Below, piece after piece: positions 21,844-32,356 of a stretch of DNA of 64,000 nt; the first letter of the stretch is position 1, and the number at the start of each line of letters is the position of its first letter. This DNA is from Thecamonas trahens ATCC 50062 (Eukaryota; Protista; Apusomonadida), in contig NW_013657675.1 in NCBI RefSeq assembly GCF_000142905.1, positions 186,001 to 250,000 on the forward strand, given 5' to 3'. Position numbers and translations under genes: made by a program. The notes beneath the pieces were generated by a model. That model did no database searches. It saw only the letters and a program-made list of their open reading frames with translations, and was not told where the DNA came from.

Positions 21844-22858
21844 ATGGCGTCGTTCCTGCGCAAGGCAGCCAATGTGCTCGACAAGCAAACTGAAAAGTTC
21901 ATGAACGCGCTTGGCGTGAGCTCTACAGAAGCTGGTAGGCAAGCATGGTAGAGGCAGCGACACAGTGTGAGGAGAGAGCGTGTTGTAGATGGCTAGGGTG
22001 GGAAGCAACGGCCGGTGTGCGGAGCCTTTTCGCCTGTGTCACTTGCACGTGCGACTCACGTTTCATGAACGGTTTGTGTCATTCTCGCCAGGCCAAGACA
22101 AGTCGCCGGCTGGACCGGGACACAGCGTCGCCGCAATGGGCGCATGCTGCCGGGCTCCGCCCGAGGGCCCGCCGTTCTACATCGGCACGCACTCGGCACA
22201 TTGCACCGAGTGCATGGGCTCGCTTTGGCACAAGAAGCGATTCAAGTGTCGTATCTGCATGTCGTACTCGCTCTGTCACGATTGCCTCCACCTCGCGCCG
22301 CATCCGGCGGACCATACCTTTGACATGGTCGCCATGGACGATGGCGGCTCCATCCCGGTCGCCTACCCGCCTGGCCCAATGCCTGGTCAGTCTCCAGGTA
22401 CTACTCCGCCGCCATCGGCACCCGCCCAGCCCGCGCCGCCGCCGTACACGCCGCCGGTCGCACCCGCTCCGATTCCGCCAGTCACGCCCGTCCCGGTTGC
22501 GCCCGCGCCTGCGCCCGTACCTGCACCCGCACCCGCCCCTATCCCCGTACCGGCACGCGCGCCCGTGTCATCGGTCGGCATGCCCGCGGCAGACTTTGAG
22601 ACCTTCCTCAACTCGGTCAAGTCCGAGTCGTTCTCCGATGGCAAGATGGAAAAAGTGCGCATGGTCTCCAAGACCGCGCGGTTCTCGTGTGAGCAGGCAG
22701 GTCGTCTCCTTGACGCCCTTAGCTTCGACTCGGACAAGATCGACATGGCCGTCCTCCTCCATCCGACCCTTGTCGACGCCCACAACTTCTACCAGGTTCT
22801 TGACCACCTGGGCTTTGACTCGTCCAAGAACGATGTCCGCTCGCGGCTGGGCCTCTAG
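21844..22858 (+). CDS. ZZ-type zinc finger + proline linker + DUF4476-like domain; exons 21844-21934 and 22092-22858
   Basis: Exon 1 MASFLRKAANVLDKQTEKFMNALGVSSTEA joins in frame via a phase-1 intron. HCTEC...RFKCRIC.SYSLCHDC...HPADHTF is a ZZ finger. M...FETFL..VK.ESFSDGK...FSCEQ..RLL..LSFDSDK...LVDAHNF is DUF4476-like. Confidence 0.8.
21935..22091 (+). other. Spliceosomal intron (157 nt, phase 1)
   Basis: GTAGGC donor, GACTCAC branch-like motif, TTCTCGCCAG acceptor; frame is consistent. Confidence 0.75.
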
Positions 22859-22887
22859 ACGTAAACAGTTTCTCGATCCCGAAGCTC

Positions 22888-23541
22888 TCACTCCTCGCCC
22901 GAGTCCGAGAGCGAGGGTGAGATAAGATCAGGCGGGCCATCTGCAGTTGCAGGCTGCTGTCTTGCGCCGGGTGTCTCGATGGCGTTGTGCACCTTCCACG
23001 CCCGGTACGCCTCACCGGCGTCCGACGTCACCTCGTCACGCCAGCGGACCGCCTTGGGCGTCTCGGGCTCGAAGCGATGGTCTGACCTAGGTGCCGGCGG
23101 GGCCAAGCCGAGCTGCTGCTTGAGGGCATCAACGTCCGAGAGCGCAAGCACATCGCTCCACACGCCCTCGATGTCGGCCGGAAGCGGCGCGCCTGTCCCC
23201 GCCGGAGCCGGAGAGCGGGATCGGGACTTGGCGCGGACCGGGCTCGACGCCGTGCCGAGCTTCTCGAGCGCGTCCAACAGGAGCATACGGGTGTGAGCGT
23301 GGGCCTTGCGCTCATTCATCAGTGTGGTGTGGGCGTCCAGTGCTAGTGCCGTCACGCTGTCCAGCTTGGCGTGCAGCGCTGCGCCTTGGTCAGCAGCGCC
23401 GCCTTGGAGCTCGGCCACCAGCTGCTGGGTGGCGGCGTGCTCGACCCGGAGGCGAGCGTACGCAGCATTGACTCTCTCCAGATGCTGCAAGTAGCTTGTG
23501 TCGACCGTAGTGGTCGACGTGGGTGGCTCGTCGGACGCCAT
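22888..23541 (-). CDS. Hypothetical coiled-coil protein
   Basis: Helical heptad-like N-terminal half, typical codon usage, stop abuts the convergent gene. Confidence 0.6.
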   Translation of the reverse strand: MASDEPPTSTTTVDTSYLQHLERVNAAYARLRVEHAATQQLVAELQGGAADQGAALHAKLDSVTALALDAHTTLMNERKAHAHTRMLLLDALEKLGTASSPVRAKSRSRSPAPAGTGAPLPADIEGVWSDVLALSDVDALKQQLGLAPPAPRSDHRFEPETPKAVRWRDEVTSDAGEAYRAWKVHNAIETPGARQQPATADGPPDLISPSLSDSGEE

Positions 23542-23669
23542 GGATGCCGAGAAGGGGAGGCAGCGGGGAGAGGTGGAGAGCGGCGAGGCAGCACGAGCAC
23601 CGCAGACGGGTCTCGACGGAGGCAATAGGCCTGGGCACGGCATGGTGTGACACATCAGTTATTTGTTGG

Positions 23670-24950
23670 CTACTCGGCAACGGCAGCATCGGTAGCAGCA
23701 ACGGCAGCGCCATCGGCAGTATCGGCAGCGCCATCGGCAGCGCCGTCATCGGCGGCAGCCTCAGCCGAGGCTGCTTCGGCCGAGGCATCGGCAGCACTGC
23801 TATCGTCAAGGGCAAGACCGGCCATCTGGTCGGCAACATCGTCAACGTCAGCCGAGGCAGCAGCCTTGGCGGCAATGGCGAGCTCGACAACGTTCTCCGA
23901 GACGACGTCGTGATCGGGCGAGCAAGCGGCCTTGGCGACGAGCTTGGGCATGCACATACCGCAGACCGCAAGCTTGCATGTCTTGCAGTAGACATCGGGC
24001 ATGTTGTTCTCACAGACGGCGCAGTCGACAAAGTCCTCGTCATAGTCCGAGTCGCCACCGTCGGCGGCGTCAGCGGCGGCGGCTTCGGCGGCGTAGGCAG
24101 CGGCGGCGTCGAGGGCGGGCTTGACCTCGGTAGTGTAGATGTGGTGGCGGAGGTTGACGATGGTGGACGAGAACTCGCCCTCAACCTCCATCTCAACGGC
24201 GCCCTGGACGGCGGCGGCGCGGATGTCGTCGTTGGCCACTGCGTTGTCAAGGCGGAGAAGCTCGTACATCTGGGCAGTGGTGGAGGCCTGCGACAGCGGC
24301 TCGCCAACCACCATGAACATGGAGAGGCCAAACTTGAAGAGCCACTCGTAGCCCTGGACCAGGAAGTTCTCCCAGAAGGTCATGAGGGCCTCGTAGTGGA
24401 GGACCTGGATGCCGAGGCCGACAAACCACTTTTGGGTAAAGTTCTGCGGGAGCACGCCCTTCTCCATCAGGTTGCCCATCAGCGGGCCGAAGAACTGGCC
24501 GACCATGGCGCCGAGAACGCGGGCGTCGACGTTGAACTTGACGGCCTCGGCGCGCCAGTATCCGGGGATGTACCGCTCCTCCTGGTCAAAGGCGAGCACA
24601 AGCTGGGCCACCACCTCGGGCTCGAGGAACATGAGGAGGAAGCCGGCGGCGTAGGACATGCCCTGTCCGTAGTCGCCGACCTTGTGGCCAACGTGGGCGA
24701 GGACCTTAGTCAGCGCCGCCTGGCACACCTCGCCGCAGAACGCGCGCTCCACATCGCGCTCGATGATCCGAGTCACCGGTGCCTCGTCGTCAAAGGCAAA
24801 GTTCGGATCGATGGTCACGCCCGAAGAAGCGACCCAGGTCGAGGTCCGGGCGAGGGCGGCCGGCGCCGACTCGGGCGTGAGGTAGCCGTGGTTGAGGAGG
24901 AGGATAGGCGCCTCGGCCTCGTCTTCGAAGAACGTCGGATGGCGGAGCAT
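23670..24950 (-). CDS. TBC-domain RabGAP with C-terminal B-box-like zinc finger
   Basis: IERDVERAF (IxxDxxR) and YGQGMSY (YxQ) fingers; CAVC...VYCKTCKLAVCGMC...H. Confidence 0.85.
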   Translation of the reverse strand: MLRHPTFFEDEAEAPILLLNHGYLTPESAPAALARTSTWVASSGVTIDPNFAFDDEAPVTRIIERDVERAFCGEVCQAALTKVLAHVGHKVGDYGQGMSYAAGFLLMFLEPEVVAQLVLAFDQEERYIPGYWRAEAVKFNVDARVLGAMVGQFFGPLMGNLMEKGVLPQNFTQKWFVGLGIQVLHYEALMTFWENFLVQGYEWLFKFGLSMFMVVGEPLSQASTTAQMYELLRLDNAVANDDIRAAAVQGAVEMEVEGEFSSTIVNLRHHIYTTEVKPALDAAAAYAAEAAAADAADGGDSDYDEDFVDCAVCENNMPDVYCKTCKLAVCGMCMPKLVAKAACSPDHDVVSENVVELAIAAKAAASADVDDVADQMAGLALDDSSAADASAEAASAEAAADDGAADGAADTADGAAVAATDAAVAE

Positions 24951-25534
24951 GCTATGTAGGTGGGTGTAGGGGAGGGAGAAGTGTGACGGCGGTGGTGTGG
25001 GGGGCGGATGGTGTGGGTGGTGGTGGCTCGGCCGGTGAATGCGTTGTGGGTGGATCGGGCCCGGGATGGCGCGCAACGCGCTGAGCGACTCAGGCCGATT
25101 CGGTGCGGCGCTGGGCGACTCGGTGCAACTCGTTGCGGCCGTAGCCACTCCTGATGCACATACCGGATCAAGAGGTGAGCGCTTTGCTTACATCGCAGAA
25201 GGCGATTATTGCCTCTGCCTATCGCATCCCAAAAATACGTCCGAGAGCGAGTTGAGCCGTCTCCACGTTGTGCAACATGACTATGGGAGGGGGATGCCTG
25301 GAATGGAGCACTGTCATACGTCTCGGCCAAGGCACACGACAAGGCGAGTCCAACTTGAAAATGCGTTTATGGGGTCTGGTTGCTCGGACGCGTTGTTGCG
25401 CGTCTCAAAGTGAACAACACAGCGCCGGATCAAGTCCTCTCCGATCCAAAGTACGTGTTGGGCAGGGTGGCATGTCGTTGGGCATACGGTGTAGATAGAG
25501 GGGAATTGGAAAGGTGAAGGGGAGCACCGGTACC

Positions 25535-27376
25535 TTAGGGATGGCAACGCTTCGGGTCGCGCGGGAACATGGAGACCTTGCGGACGTTGTCAAGGGCAAA
25601 GAACTGGAGAACGATGCGCTCGACACCAAAGCCACCGCCGGCATGGGGCGGGGCGCCGTGCTTGAAGGCATCGACGTAGCTCTGGATGGGGGTGAGGTCG
25701 ACGCCGAGCGAGTTAGCACGCTCGACAAGCATGGCCGGGTCGTGGATACGCTGGGCACCCGAGAGGATCTCGCGGCCGCGGACAAAGATGTCGTACGAGT
25801 TGGAGACGGCGGGGTTGTCGGGCCGGCACGCGGTATAGAAGGGGCGGACGGACGACGGGTAGGCGTCGACGCAAAAGACGTCGGTGCCGTACTTCTCGCG
25901 GACCAGGCGACCGAGCTCGCGCTCGGCGGCGGTGTCGAGGTCGCCGTGGGAGCCGTCACCGAGCTCGACGCCAGCCTCGGTGAGCATGGCGATGGCCTCG
26001 GGGTAGTCCATGACGAGGATGGGGAACTTGTACGGCGAGTCGGTCTCCTGCTCGTAGCGGTAGACGAGCGGCTCGAAGGGGTACTGCTCGTTGACAGCGG
26101 CGCGGAGGTCGGCGTACTTGTCGGAGGAGAGCTCGTCAAAGACAGCGACAAGGGCATTGGTGATGGTGACGAGGACCTCATGGTAGTGCTCCTTGAAGGT
26201 GGCCTCGATGTCAGCGCCCACAAACTCGACAAGGTGGCGGTTGGTGTTCGAGTTTTCGGCGCGGAAAACCGGGCCGATCTCAAAGACCTTCTCGAGGCCG
26301 GCGCAAATGGCCATCTGCTTGTACAGCTGCGGTGACTGGGCAAGGTACGCCTTGTCGCCGAAAAAGTCGACGGTAAAGACGTCAGCGCCGCCCTCGGACG
26401 CGGTCTGGATGAGCTTGGGCGAGTTGATGCCGGTGAAGCCCTGCGAGACAAGGAAGTTCTGGAAGGCGTTGACGGCGACCGAGCGCATGCGGAAGATGCC
26501 CTGGTTGGCCCTCGTCCGCAGGTCGATCCACCGGAAGTCGAGCCGGGTGTCCTGCCCGACGTGCGCAAAGCCGCGCTCGTCGACAGTGCCGTCGGCCACG
26601 CCGGTCTCGGTGCCGTCGCCGTCACCGGCGGTGGCGGCGACCTCGGCCGACGACGACGGCGCAGACGCGTCGCGAATCTGGAACGGGAGCTCGGCAGCGG
26701 CGTTAACCACGTAGCACTTGAGGACCTGGAGCTCGACGCCTGACTTGGTCGTGTCCTTGATCTCCTCGGGCGGGATCGAGACCGTGGCCGTGACGTCGAC
26801 CAGAGACTCGTTCGAAATGGAGGCCAGGAACTTGGACATGGCCTTGTTCCCCGAGTAGTGGCACTGGATGGTGTGGATGGTGCTCCGCAGGACGATAAAC
26901 GCCCGCTTGCCCTGCCCACGCACAGTCTGCGCGTACCCGCGGACTGTCACCTCCTGCCCGTCCATCGCCGCGTCGATGTCGGCAATGTCGGTGAAGACCC
27001 GCCCGGTGAGCGACTCGGGCTCGGAGAGGATCATCTGGTACCGCCCAAAGTCGGACGACGCCACGAGCTCGGCCATGAGCCCTGTCGGGCCCTCGGCAGC
27101 GCGCGACTTGGCCTCGCGCGCCTTGCGGCGCTCCTCCTTGGCGGCGGCGCGGGCATCGCCCTTGCCCTTGCCCTTGCCCTTGCCCTTGCCCTTGCCCTTG
27201 GGCGGCGGCCATTCCTCGCCCTTGGCCAGCGCAAGCGCCTTCTTCTTCTCCAGCAGCGTGGCGATGGCCTCGGTCGCGTCCTCGCCGGCGGCCTTGAGCT
27301 CGCGGACAATGGTGCCCTGCGCCTGGACCTCGGCCTCCAGGACCTGGATCTCTGCCTCGGATGCAGTAGTTGCCAT
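25535..27376 (-). CDS. DARS1: Cytosolic aspartyl-tRNA synthetase with N-terminal WHEP domain
   Basis: OB fold, [71 protein letters not shown]. Confidence 0.95.
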   Translation of the reverse strand: MATTASEAEIQVLEAEVQAQGTIVRELKAAGEDATEAIATLLEKKKALALAKGEEWPPPKGKGKGKGKGKGKGDARAAAKEERRKAREAKSRAAEGPTGLMAELVASSDFGRYQMILSEPESLTGRVFTDIADIDAAMDGQEVTVRGYAQTVRGQGKRAFIVLRSTIHTIQCHYSGNKAMSKFLASISNESLVDVTATVSIPPEEIKDTTKSGVELQVLKCYVVNAAAELPFQIRDASAPSSSAEVAATAGDGDGTETGVADGTVDERGFAHVGQDTRLDFRWIDLRTRANQGIFRMRSVAVNAFQNFLVSQGFTGINSPKLIQTASEGGADVFTVDFFGDKAYLAQSPQLYKQMAICAGLEKVFEIGPVFRAENSNTNRHLVEFVGADIEATFKEHYHEVLVTITNALVAVFDELSSDKYADLRAAVNEQYPFEPLVYRYEQETDSPYKFPILVMDYPEAIAMLTEAGVELGDGSHGDLDTAAERELGRLVREKYGTDVFCVDAYPSSVRPFYTACRPDNPAVSNSYDIFVRGREILSGAQRIHDPAMLVERANSLGVDLTPIQSYVDAFKHGAPPHAGGGFGVERIVLQFFALDNVRKVSMFPRDPKRCHP

Positions 27377-28001
27377 GTCTCTGCTCTCCGTGGCCCCCGT
27401 CCGCACCATACTGTGAGTCTTTGCATGGAGCATCTTGCCTACGTGGTGGTGACGTCGGGCGAACGATCCCATCTGACAAAGTCCGAATTTGTGGTGGCCA
27501 CAGGGGAGGGGGGGGAGAGGGGGAATGGGGAAAGGGGAAAGGGAAGGCTTCCTTGGGGGTTGAGGGATGGGAAACAGTTGGTGTTGTGTGGTGTGTGTGG
27601 ATGTGAGGCGTACATTGTATGGCGAGTGGGATGTGGTGGAGTGTGACAATGAGTCTGAGTCTGCCAAGTGGTGGCTGGCTGTCTGGTGCTGCGGCTAGTG
27701 ACACTGGTTTTTACTTTGGCAGAGGGGACATTCGCAGAAATGGACAGTGTCCTGGAAAGTGGCATGCCTCCAGGCCTGCGGGGGGGAGGGGGGGGGGGGG
27801 GAGGGGGACTCATGCACGCGGCGGTGGTGGTGATGGTTGTGGTGGTGGCGGGGGTGGTGGTCGTGGTCGTCGTGGTCGTCGTGGACGTGGTCGTGGTCGT
27901 CGTGGTGGCGGAGGGCAGAACCGGTGGTGGCAGCACGAGCTGCGCCGGTGGAGGCTGACGGCGGCGGGAGCGAGATTGGACGCAAGCTGTGTGCGGCGCA
28001 G

Positions 28002-31000
28002 ATGTCTGCGGTGTTTGTGGCACGGGTGCAGGGCATTGTTGATCGGATGGGTGTCCGGCGCGGAGCGTGTGCCAAGTGCACGTGTCCGGTGTACAAGATC
28101 CCACCACGCGGGCACAAGTGCGCAGCGTGTGGTCATCGCCCGCCGAACCATGCCAACCTGGACTTGTACGAGCCCAAGGTGAGTGGCGAGAACGGCGCAG
28201 ACGGCGCCGGACGGGAGAATGCGACCGCGCTCGCGGGCGGGAGTGGGCCGAACAAGTTTGCGGCGACAAACAACGAGTCGGTGATGCGGGTGAAGCAGAT
28301 CATCAAGAACATGACCGGCGACATGCCGCATCTTGCCGGGCGGCGGCTGGTCCGCGAGGGCGTGCTCAAAAAGGTAGGCAAGCGCAAGAACGCGCGGCGG
28401 TTCTTCCTCTTTGAGGACATCCTCATCTACTCGACGGTCAACCTGCCGTACAAGTACAAGGGCTGCTGCATGCTTGAGTCTGCGTACGTCAATTCAATCG
28501 TCAAGGGTAAGAAGCAAAAGGTGACCAACATGTTCCAGCTCATCGGCGCCGAGAAGACATTCACCTTTCTGGCAGACACGTTTGAGGAGAAGGAGCTCTG
28601 GATGAGGGACATGCGCACCTGCATCACGGCGATGCTCAAGCGCAATCCGCATGCCGCCGAGAAGCGGGTCGAGGGCATTGCTCCGTCGCGGTGGGGCTTC
28701 CGGCGGCTGCGGTCCGGCTCGCAGGCACAGTCACGGCGCGGCGCAGGAGGTGGGAGCGGGAGCACCGGGAGCGGATCGGGTGCCGGTGACGATGCAGGGC
28801 ACGCCGGCTCCATCTCAGCACCGATTCCCGGCTCGGTCAAGAAGCGCGACCCGTACTCGATTCCCATCCGCAAGGCGTCGGCACGCAACGGGTATGCAGA
28901 TGCGGCCAGTGCTTCAAGTGAGAGCGAGCGGCCAAAGCGGGCGGCATCTCCGCCGCCGGCGGCGATCCCGTCGCGGGCCTCGGCCCGGGCCTCGCGGCTG
29001 AGCATGGCAGGCACCGATTCGGGCGCGTCTGGGAGCGTGAGCAAGCCGCGGGCACAGACGGTGACCAGGCAGTCGGGCGGCGAGCGCGCATCTGTGGTGC
29101 GGCCGGAGCGAGCGGCGACAACATCCGGCAAACCGGGCATCCTCCCGATACCGCGGAAGGCTGCCGTGCCAGTGCCGGTGGAAGCGGCGGCGGCAAAGCC
29201 GAACAAGCCTGTGCGGCGAGCAACGGTCCGAGTTCACACCTCGCGGCTGTTCAAGGATGCGGAGCTCTCGCCCGAAGTCCAAGAGCTGCGGCGCAAAACG
29301 CTCGAGGCGCAGCAAAAGCTGCTGAAAAAGGAGCAAGAGCGGTTGGCGGCCAAAGTGGCGTCCCGTGACGGGTCTACGCCGCCGCCAACAGTTGCAGCGC
29401 CTGTGGCGGCCAATGCGGTGTCGGCCGGCTCGGAGCCCGGCTCGATGCAGTTTGCCACGCTCGACGCGCTCATGGACGAGCTCGACTTTATGCTCCCAGC
29501 GTCGGCGCCCAAGCCGTCGCCGCTCGCGGGGCCAGCGGTAACCGGCGACAGTGGCTCGTCGGGCGAGCTCAGCTCGGACAGCGGCGACGACGAAATCTCG
29601 CTCAGCGAGTCGGGCGACGGTGAGCAACGAGCCGGCAGCGTCGACCTCTCTGCTTTTGGCACCCTCGAGCTGGATGCTTTTGGCTTTAGCGGTGGTGCTG
29701 TTCTTCAGCCTGAGCCTGTAGTGGCCGGGCCCGAGCCTCCGGCCAAGATCGAGGTTGAGGTTGATCAGGAGACCGATGTCGAGGTTAGAGTCGAGGCCGA
29801 GGTTGAGCATGAGCCCGCGCCCGGGTCGGAGGATGAGGTTGGGGCTGCACTCGAGCCGCTATCCACACCAGATCCCGAGCCTATGCCCGCGGTTGAGCTC
29901 GAGGCTGAGCCTGAGGTTGAGCCCGAGGTCGAGCCTGAGGTTGAGGTCGAGGTCGAGCCTGAGGCTGAACCCGAGGCCGAGCCCGAGGCTAAGCCCGAGA
30001 CAGAGGTTGAGCATGATCCCACGCCCGAGTCGAAGGTTGCGGTTGAGGCTGCACTCGAGCCGCTTCCCACACAAGATCCCGAGCCTATGCCCGCGGTTGA
30101 GGTCGAGGCTGAGCCTGAGGTTGGGGTCGAGGTCGAGCCTGAGGTTGAGCCCGAGGTTGAGCTCGAGGTTGAGCCCGAGGCCGAGCCTGAGGTTGAGGTC
30201 GAGGTCGAGCCTGAGGCTGAACCCGAGGCCGAGCCCGAGGCTGAGCCCGAGACAGAGGTTGAGCATGATCCCACACCCGAGTCGAAGGTTGAGGTTGAGG
30301 CTGCACTCGAGCCGCTTCCCACACAAGATCCCGGGCCTACGCCCGCGGTTGAGGTCGAGGTTGAGCCCAAGGCCGAGCCTGAGGTTGAGCCCGAGGTTGA
30401 GCTCGAGGTTGAGCCCGAGGCCGAGCCTGAAGTTGAGGTCGAGGTCGAGCCTGAGGCTGAACATGAGGCCGAGCCCGAGGCTGGACCCGAGACAGAGGTT
30501 GAGCATGATCCCACGCCCGAGTCGAAGGTTGCGGTTGAGGCTGCACTCGAGCCGCTTCCCACACCAGATCCCGAGCCTACGCCCGAGGTCGAGCCTGAGG
30601 TTGAGCCGGAAGTCGATCAGGAGACCGCGGTCGAGGGTGGGGTCGCAGTTGAGGCTGATGATGGGCTCACATCTCCGCGTGACGCCGAGGCTGAGCCGGA
30701 AGTTGAGTCGAAGGTCGAGCAGGAGCGCATACCTGAGCCCGAGGTTGGGCCCGAGGTTGAGCCTCCGCCTGACCTCGACATTGCACCAGCGTCCGTCGCA
30801 GCAGCCGTGGCTGTCGCAGCCGTCGCGACAGTTGCTGCCGCTGCAACGAGCACCCCCGCCACCAAGCCCACTCCTGCGCCCGACGCCGAGCCCACGCCCG
30901 GCGCTGAGCCTGTAGCTGACCCTCCGCCGACCTTGGCTCGCGCAAAGAAGGCCTCGGTCGAAGCTCTACCGGTTGTGCTCAAGGCAAAGGTGGTGGTCGC

Positions 31001-32333
31001 TCCTGTCGAGCGTGCCATGGTCCGCCGCCCGGACGCCGCTGTGGTGTCTATGTCGCAGCTGACTGCGTCACGGGCAGCTCCGCGGCTTTCCACAGTCGAC
31101 ATCGACGGCCTTGGTGACATCCTTGCCTCGCTCGAAAATGACTTTGTTGTCGACGACCTCGACCACGAGCCCGCCGCTGCCGCAGAGCCCGATCTCGCAC
31201 AGCATGACGACGCTTTTTCGGTCTCTACCGTCACCACCTTTGAGAAGATGGATGACTTTCTCTCATTCCTCATGGACGAGGCCGGCTCCGAGTATTCGTC
31301 CGACGACGACGACGACGACGATGATGCCGGCGACGACGCCGCATTTGATGCTCTTGACGCCCTCGCTGTTGATGATGGTGACAACGAGGACAACGACGAG
31401 TCGCCGATCCTTGCCGCTGCCCAACCTCCCGAGCCCGAACCCGAGCCCGAGCCCGTGCTCCAGTCCGAGCCGTTGCCCGAGCCCGAGCTGGAGTCTGCAG
31501 CTGACGCCCCGCGAAAGTCGTCTCTCAAGGCTGGCGCAGCAGACGCTGATGCCACCGACGCCGTCACCGACGATGATGTCGGCGTTCAGTCGAAACGGCA
31601 CACCTGGTCCGACCTCTCAATGGAAGACCGGGTCAAGGTCGTGCTCGAGCCGCTCCGTCGTAACGGCGCTGGCCGCTTTGCGCTCCCTGAAGTCCGGGTT
31701 GTGCTCATTTCGATGGGCTACTCGACGTGGGACGCGACAGCAGAAGCTACCTCACTCTGCGAGGACAACGGCATGGACGTCGCCGAGCTGACCGAGCTAA
31801 TTGTCGATCTCGTCGACTACTACGGCATTACCATGCTCTCCAAGCTCGACGCCAACATCATCTCCCATGTCAACACCGCCCACCTCGGCGACGGCAAGAC
31901 CAAGGCCAACAAGCTGACTTTTGCCGAAACGGTCGACAAGCTCGTCTACGAGATCGGGCCCGTCCACGACGGTGAGCTTGCCATCAAGGTCGGCGGTGCG
32001 CCTGTCCGCACCCAGGCCGACCTCCGCGAGTGCCATGACCTGCCCATTCACATCGACACCATTGTCGACCACCTCGAGGTCCAGTCGGTCGACGGCGAGA
32101 TCCGCCTCGACTCGATGCGCTACATCCTCCGCACTGTATTTGCCGTTCCCGACAACGAGGTCGACGCCCACCTCGACGACTTGATCGACGAGGAGGAGGA
32201 CCCGGACCACGTCTCGTACGAGGGCTTTGCCCATCTCCTGCAGTCGGTCTTTTACTACCAAGGCCCGCAGGCATTCCTCGACATCGAGTCGGTACTCATG
32301 GCCTTCTCACTTGAAGCCCACGGCCTCGAGTAG
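28002..32333 (+). CDS. Large protein: Cys/His cluster, PH domain, Glu/Pro/Val repeat tract, C-terminal EF-hand-like helices
   Basis: PH: RRLVREGVLKKV...RRFFLFEDILIY...FQLIGAEKTFTFLADTFEEKELWMRDM. N-terminal CAKCTC..KCAACGHRPPNH. Confidence 0.8.
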   Translation: MSAVFVARVQGIVDRMGVRRGACAKCTCPVYKIPPRGHKCAACGHRPPNHANLDLYEPKVSGENGADGAGRENATALAGGSGPNKFAATNNESVMRVKQIIKNMTGDMPHLAGRRLVREGVLKKVGKRKNARRFFLFEDILIYSTVNLPYKYKGCCMLESAYVNSIVKGKKQKVTNMFQLIGAEKTFTFLADTFEEKELWMRDMRTCITAMLKRNPHAAEKRVEGIAPSRWGFRRLRSGSQAQSRRGAGGGSGSTGSGSGAGDDAGHAGSISAPIPGSVKKRDPYSIPIRKASARNGYADAASASSESERPKRAASPPPAAIPSRASARASRLSMAGTDSGASGSVSKPRAQTVTRQSGGERASVVRPERAATTSGKPGILPIPRKAAVPVPVEAAAAKPNKPVRRATVRVHTSRLFKDAELSPEVQELRRKTLEAQQKLLKKEQERLAAKVASRDGSTPPPTVAAPVAANAVSAGSEPGSMQFATLDALMDELDFMLPASAPKPSPLAGPAVTGDSGSSGELSSDSGDDEISLSESGDGEQRAGSVDLSAFGTLELDAFGFSGGAVLQPEPVVAGPEPPAKIEVEVDQETDVEVRVEAEVEHEPAPGSEDEVGAALEPLSTPDPEPMPAVELEAEPEVEPEVEPEVEVEVEPEAEPEAEPEAKPETEVEHDPTPESKVAVEAALEPLPTQDPEPMPAVEVEAEPEVGVEVEPEVEPEVELEVEPEAEPEVEVEVEPEAEPEAEPEAEPETEVEHDPTPESKVEVEAALEPLPTQDPGPTPAVEVEVEPKAEPEVEPEVELEVEPEAEPEVEVEVEPEAEHEAEPEAGPETEVEHDPTPESKVAVEAALEPLPTPDPEPTPEVEPEVEPEVDQETAVEGGVAVEADDGLTSPRDAEAEPEVESKVEQERIPEPEVGPEVEPPPDLDIAPASVAAAVAVAAVATVAAAATSTPATKPTPAPDAEPTPGAEPVADPPPTLARAKKASVEALPVVLKAKVVVAPVERAMVRRPDAAVVSMSQLTASRAAPRLSTVDIDGLGDILASLENDFVVDDLDHEPAAAAEPDLAQHDDAFSVSTVTTFEKMDDFLSFLMDEAGSEYSSDDDDDDDDAGDDAAFDALDALAVDDGDNEDNDESPILAAAQPPEPEPEPEPVLQSEPLPEPELESAADAPRKSSLKAGAADADATDAVTDDDVGVQSKRHTWSDLSMEDRVKVVLEPLRRNGAGRFALPEVRVVLISMGYSTWDATAEATSLCEDNGMDVAELTELIVDLVDYYGITMLSKLDANIISHVNTAHLGDGKTKANKLTFAETVDKLVYEIGPVHDGELAIKVGGAPVRTQADLRECHDLPIHIDTIVDHLEVQSVDGEIRLDSMRYILRTVFAVPDNEVDAHLDDLIDEEEDPDHVSYEGFAHLLQSVFYYQGPQAFLDIESVLMAFSLEAHGLE
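29802..30610 (+). repeat. Coding nested tandem repeat, four units of about 204-252 bp
   Basis: GTTGAGCATGA.CCC.C anchor recurs at about 29802, 30006, 30258 and 30498, with variable numbers of GAGCC.GAG subunits. Confidence 0.9.
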
Positions 32334-32356
32334 GTTGCCTAGCAATGAACAGTGCC

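Noticed and set aside
25150-25530. Lower-GC spacer between TBC and AspRS as ncRNA or small gene
   Set aside because: No tRNA, snRNA or snoRNA signature and no convincing ORF.
27837-28001. Trp/Ser-rich N-terminal extension of the PH protein
   Set aside because: Translation of a (GTG/GTC)n low-complexity tract from a non-ATG start; ATG 28002 preferred.
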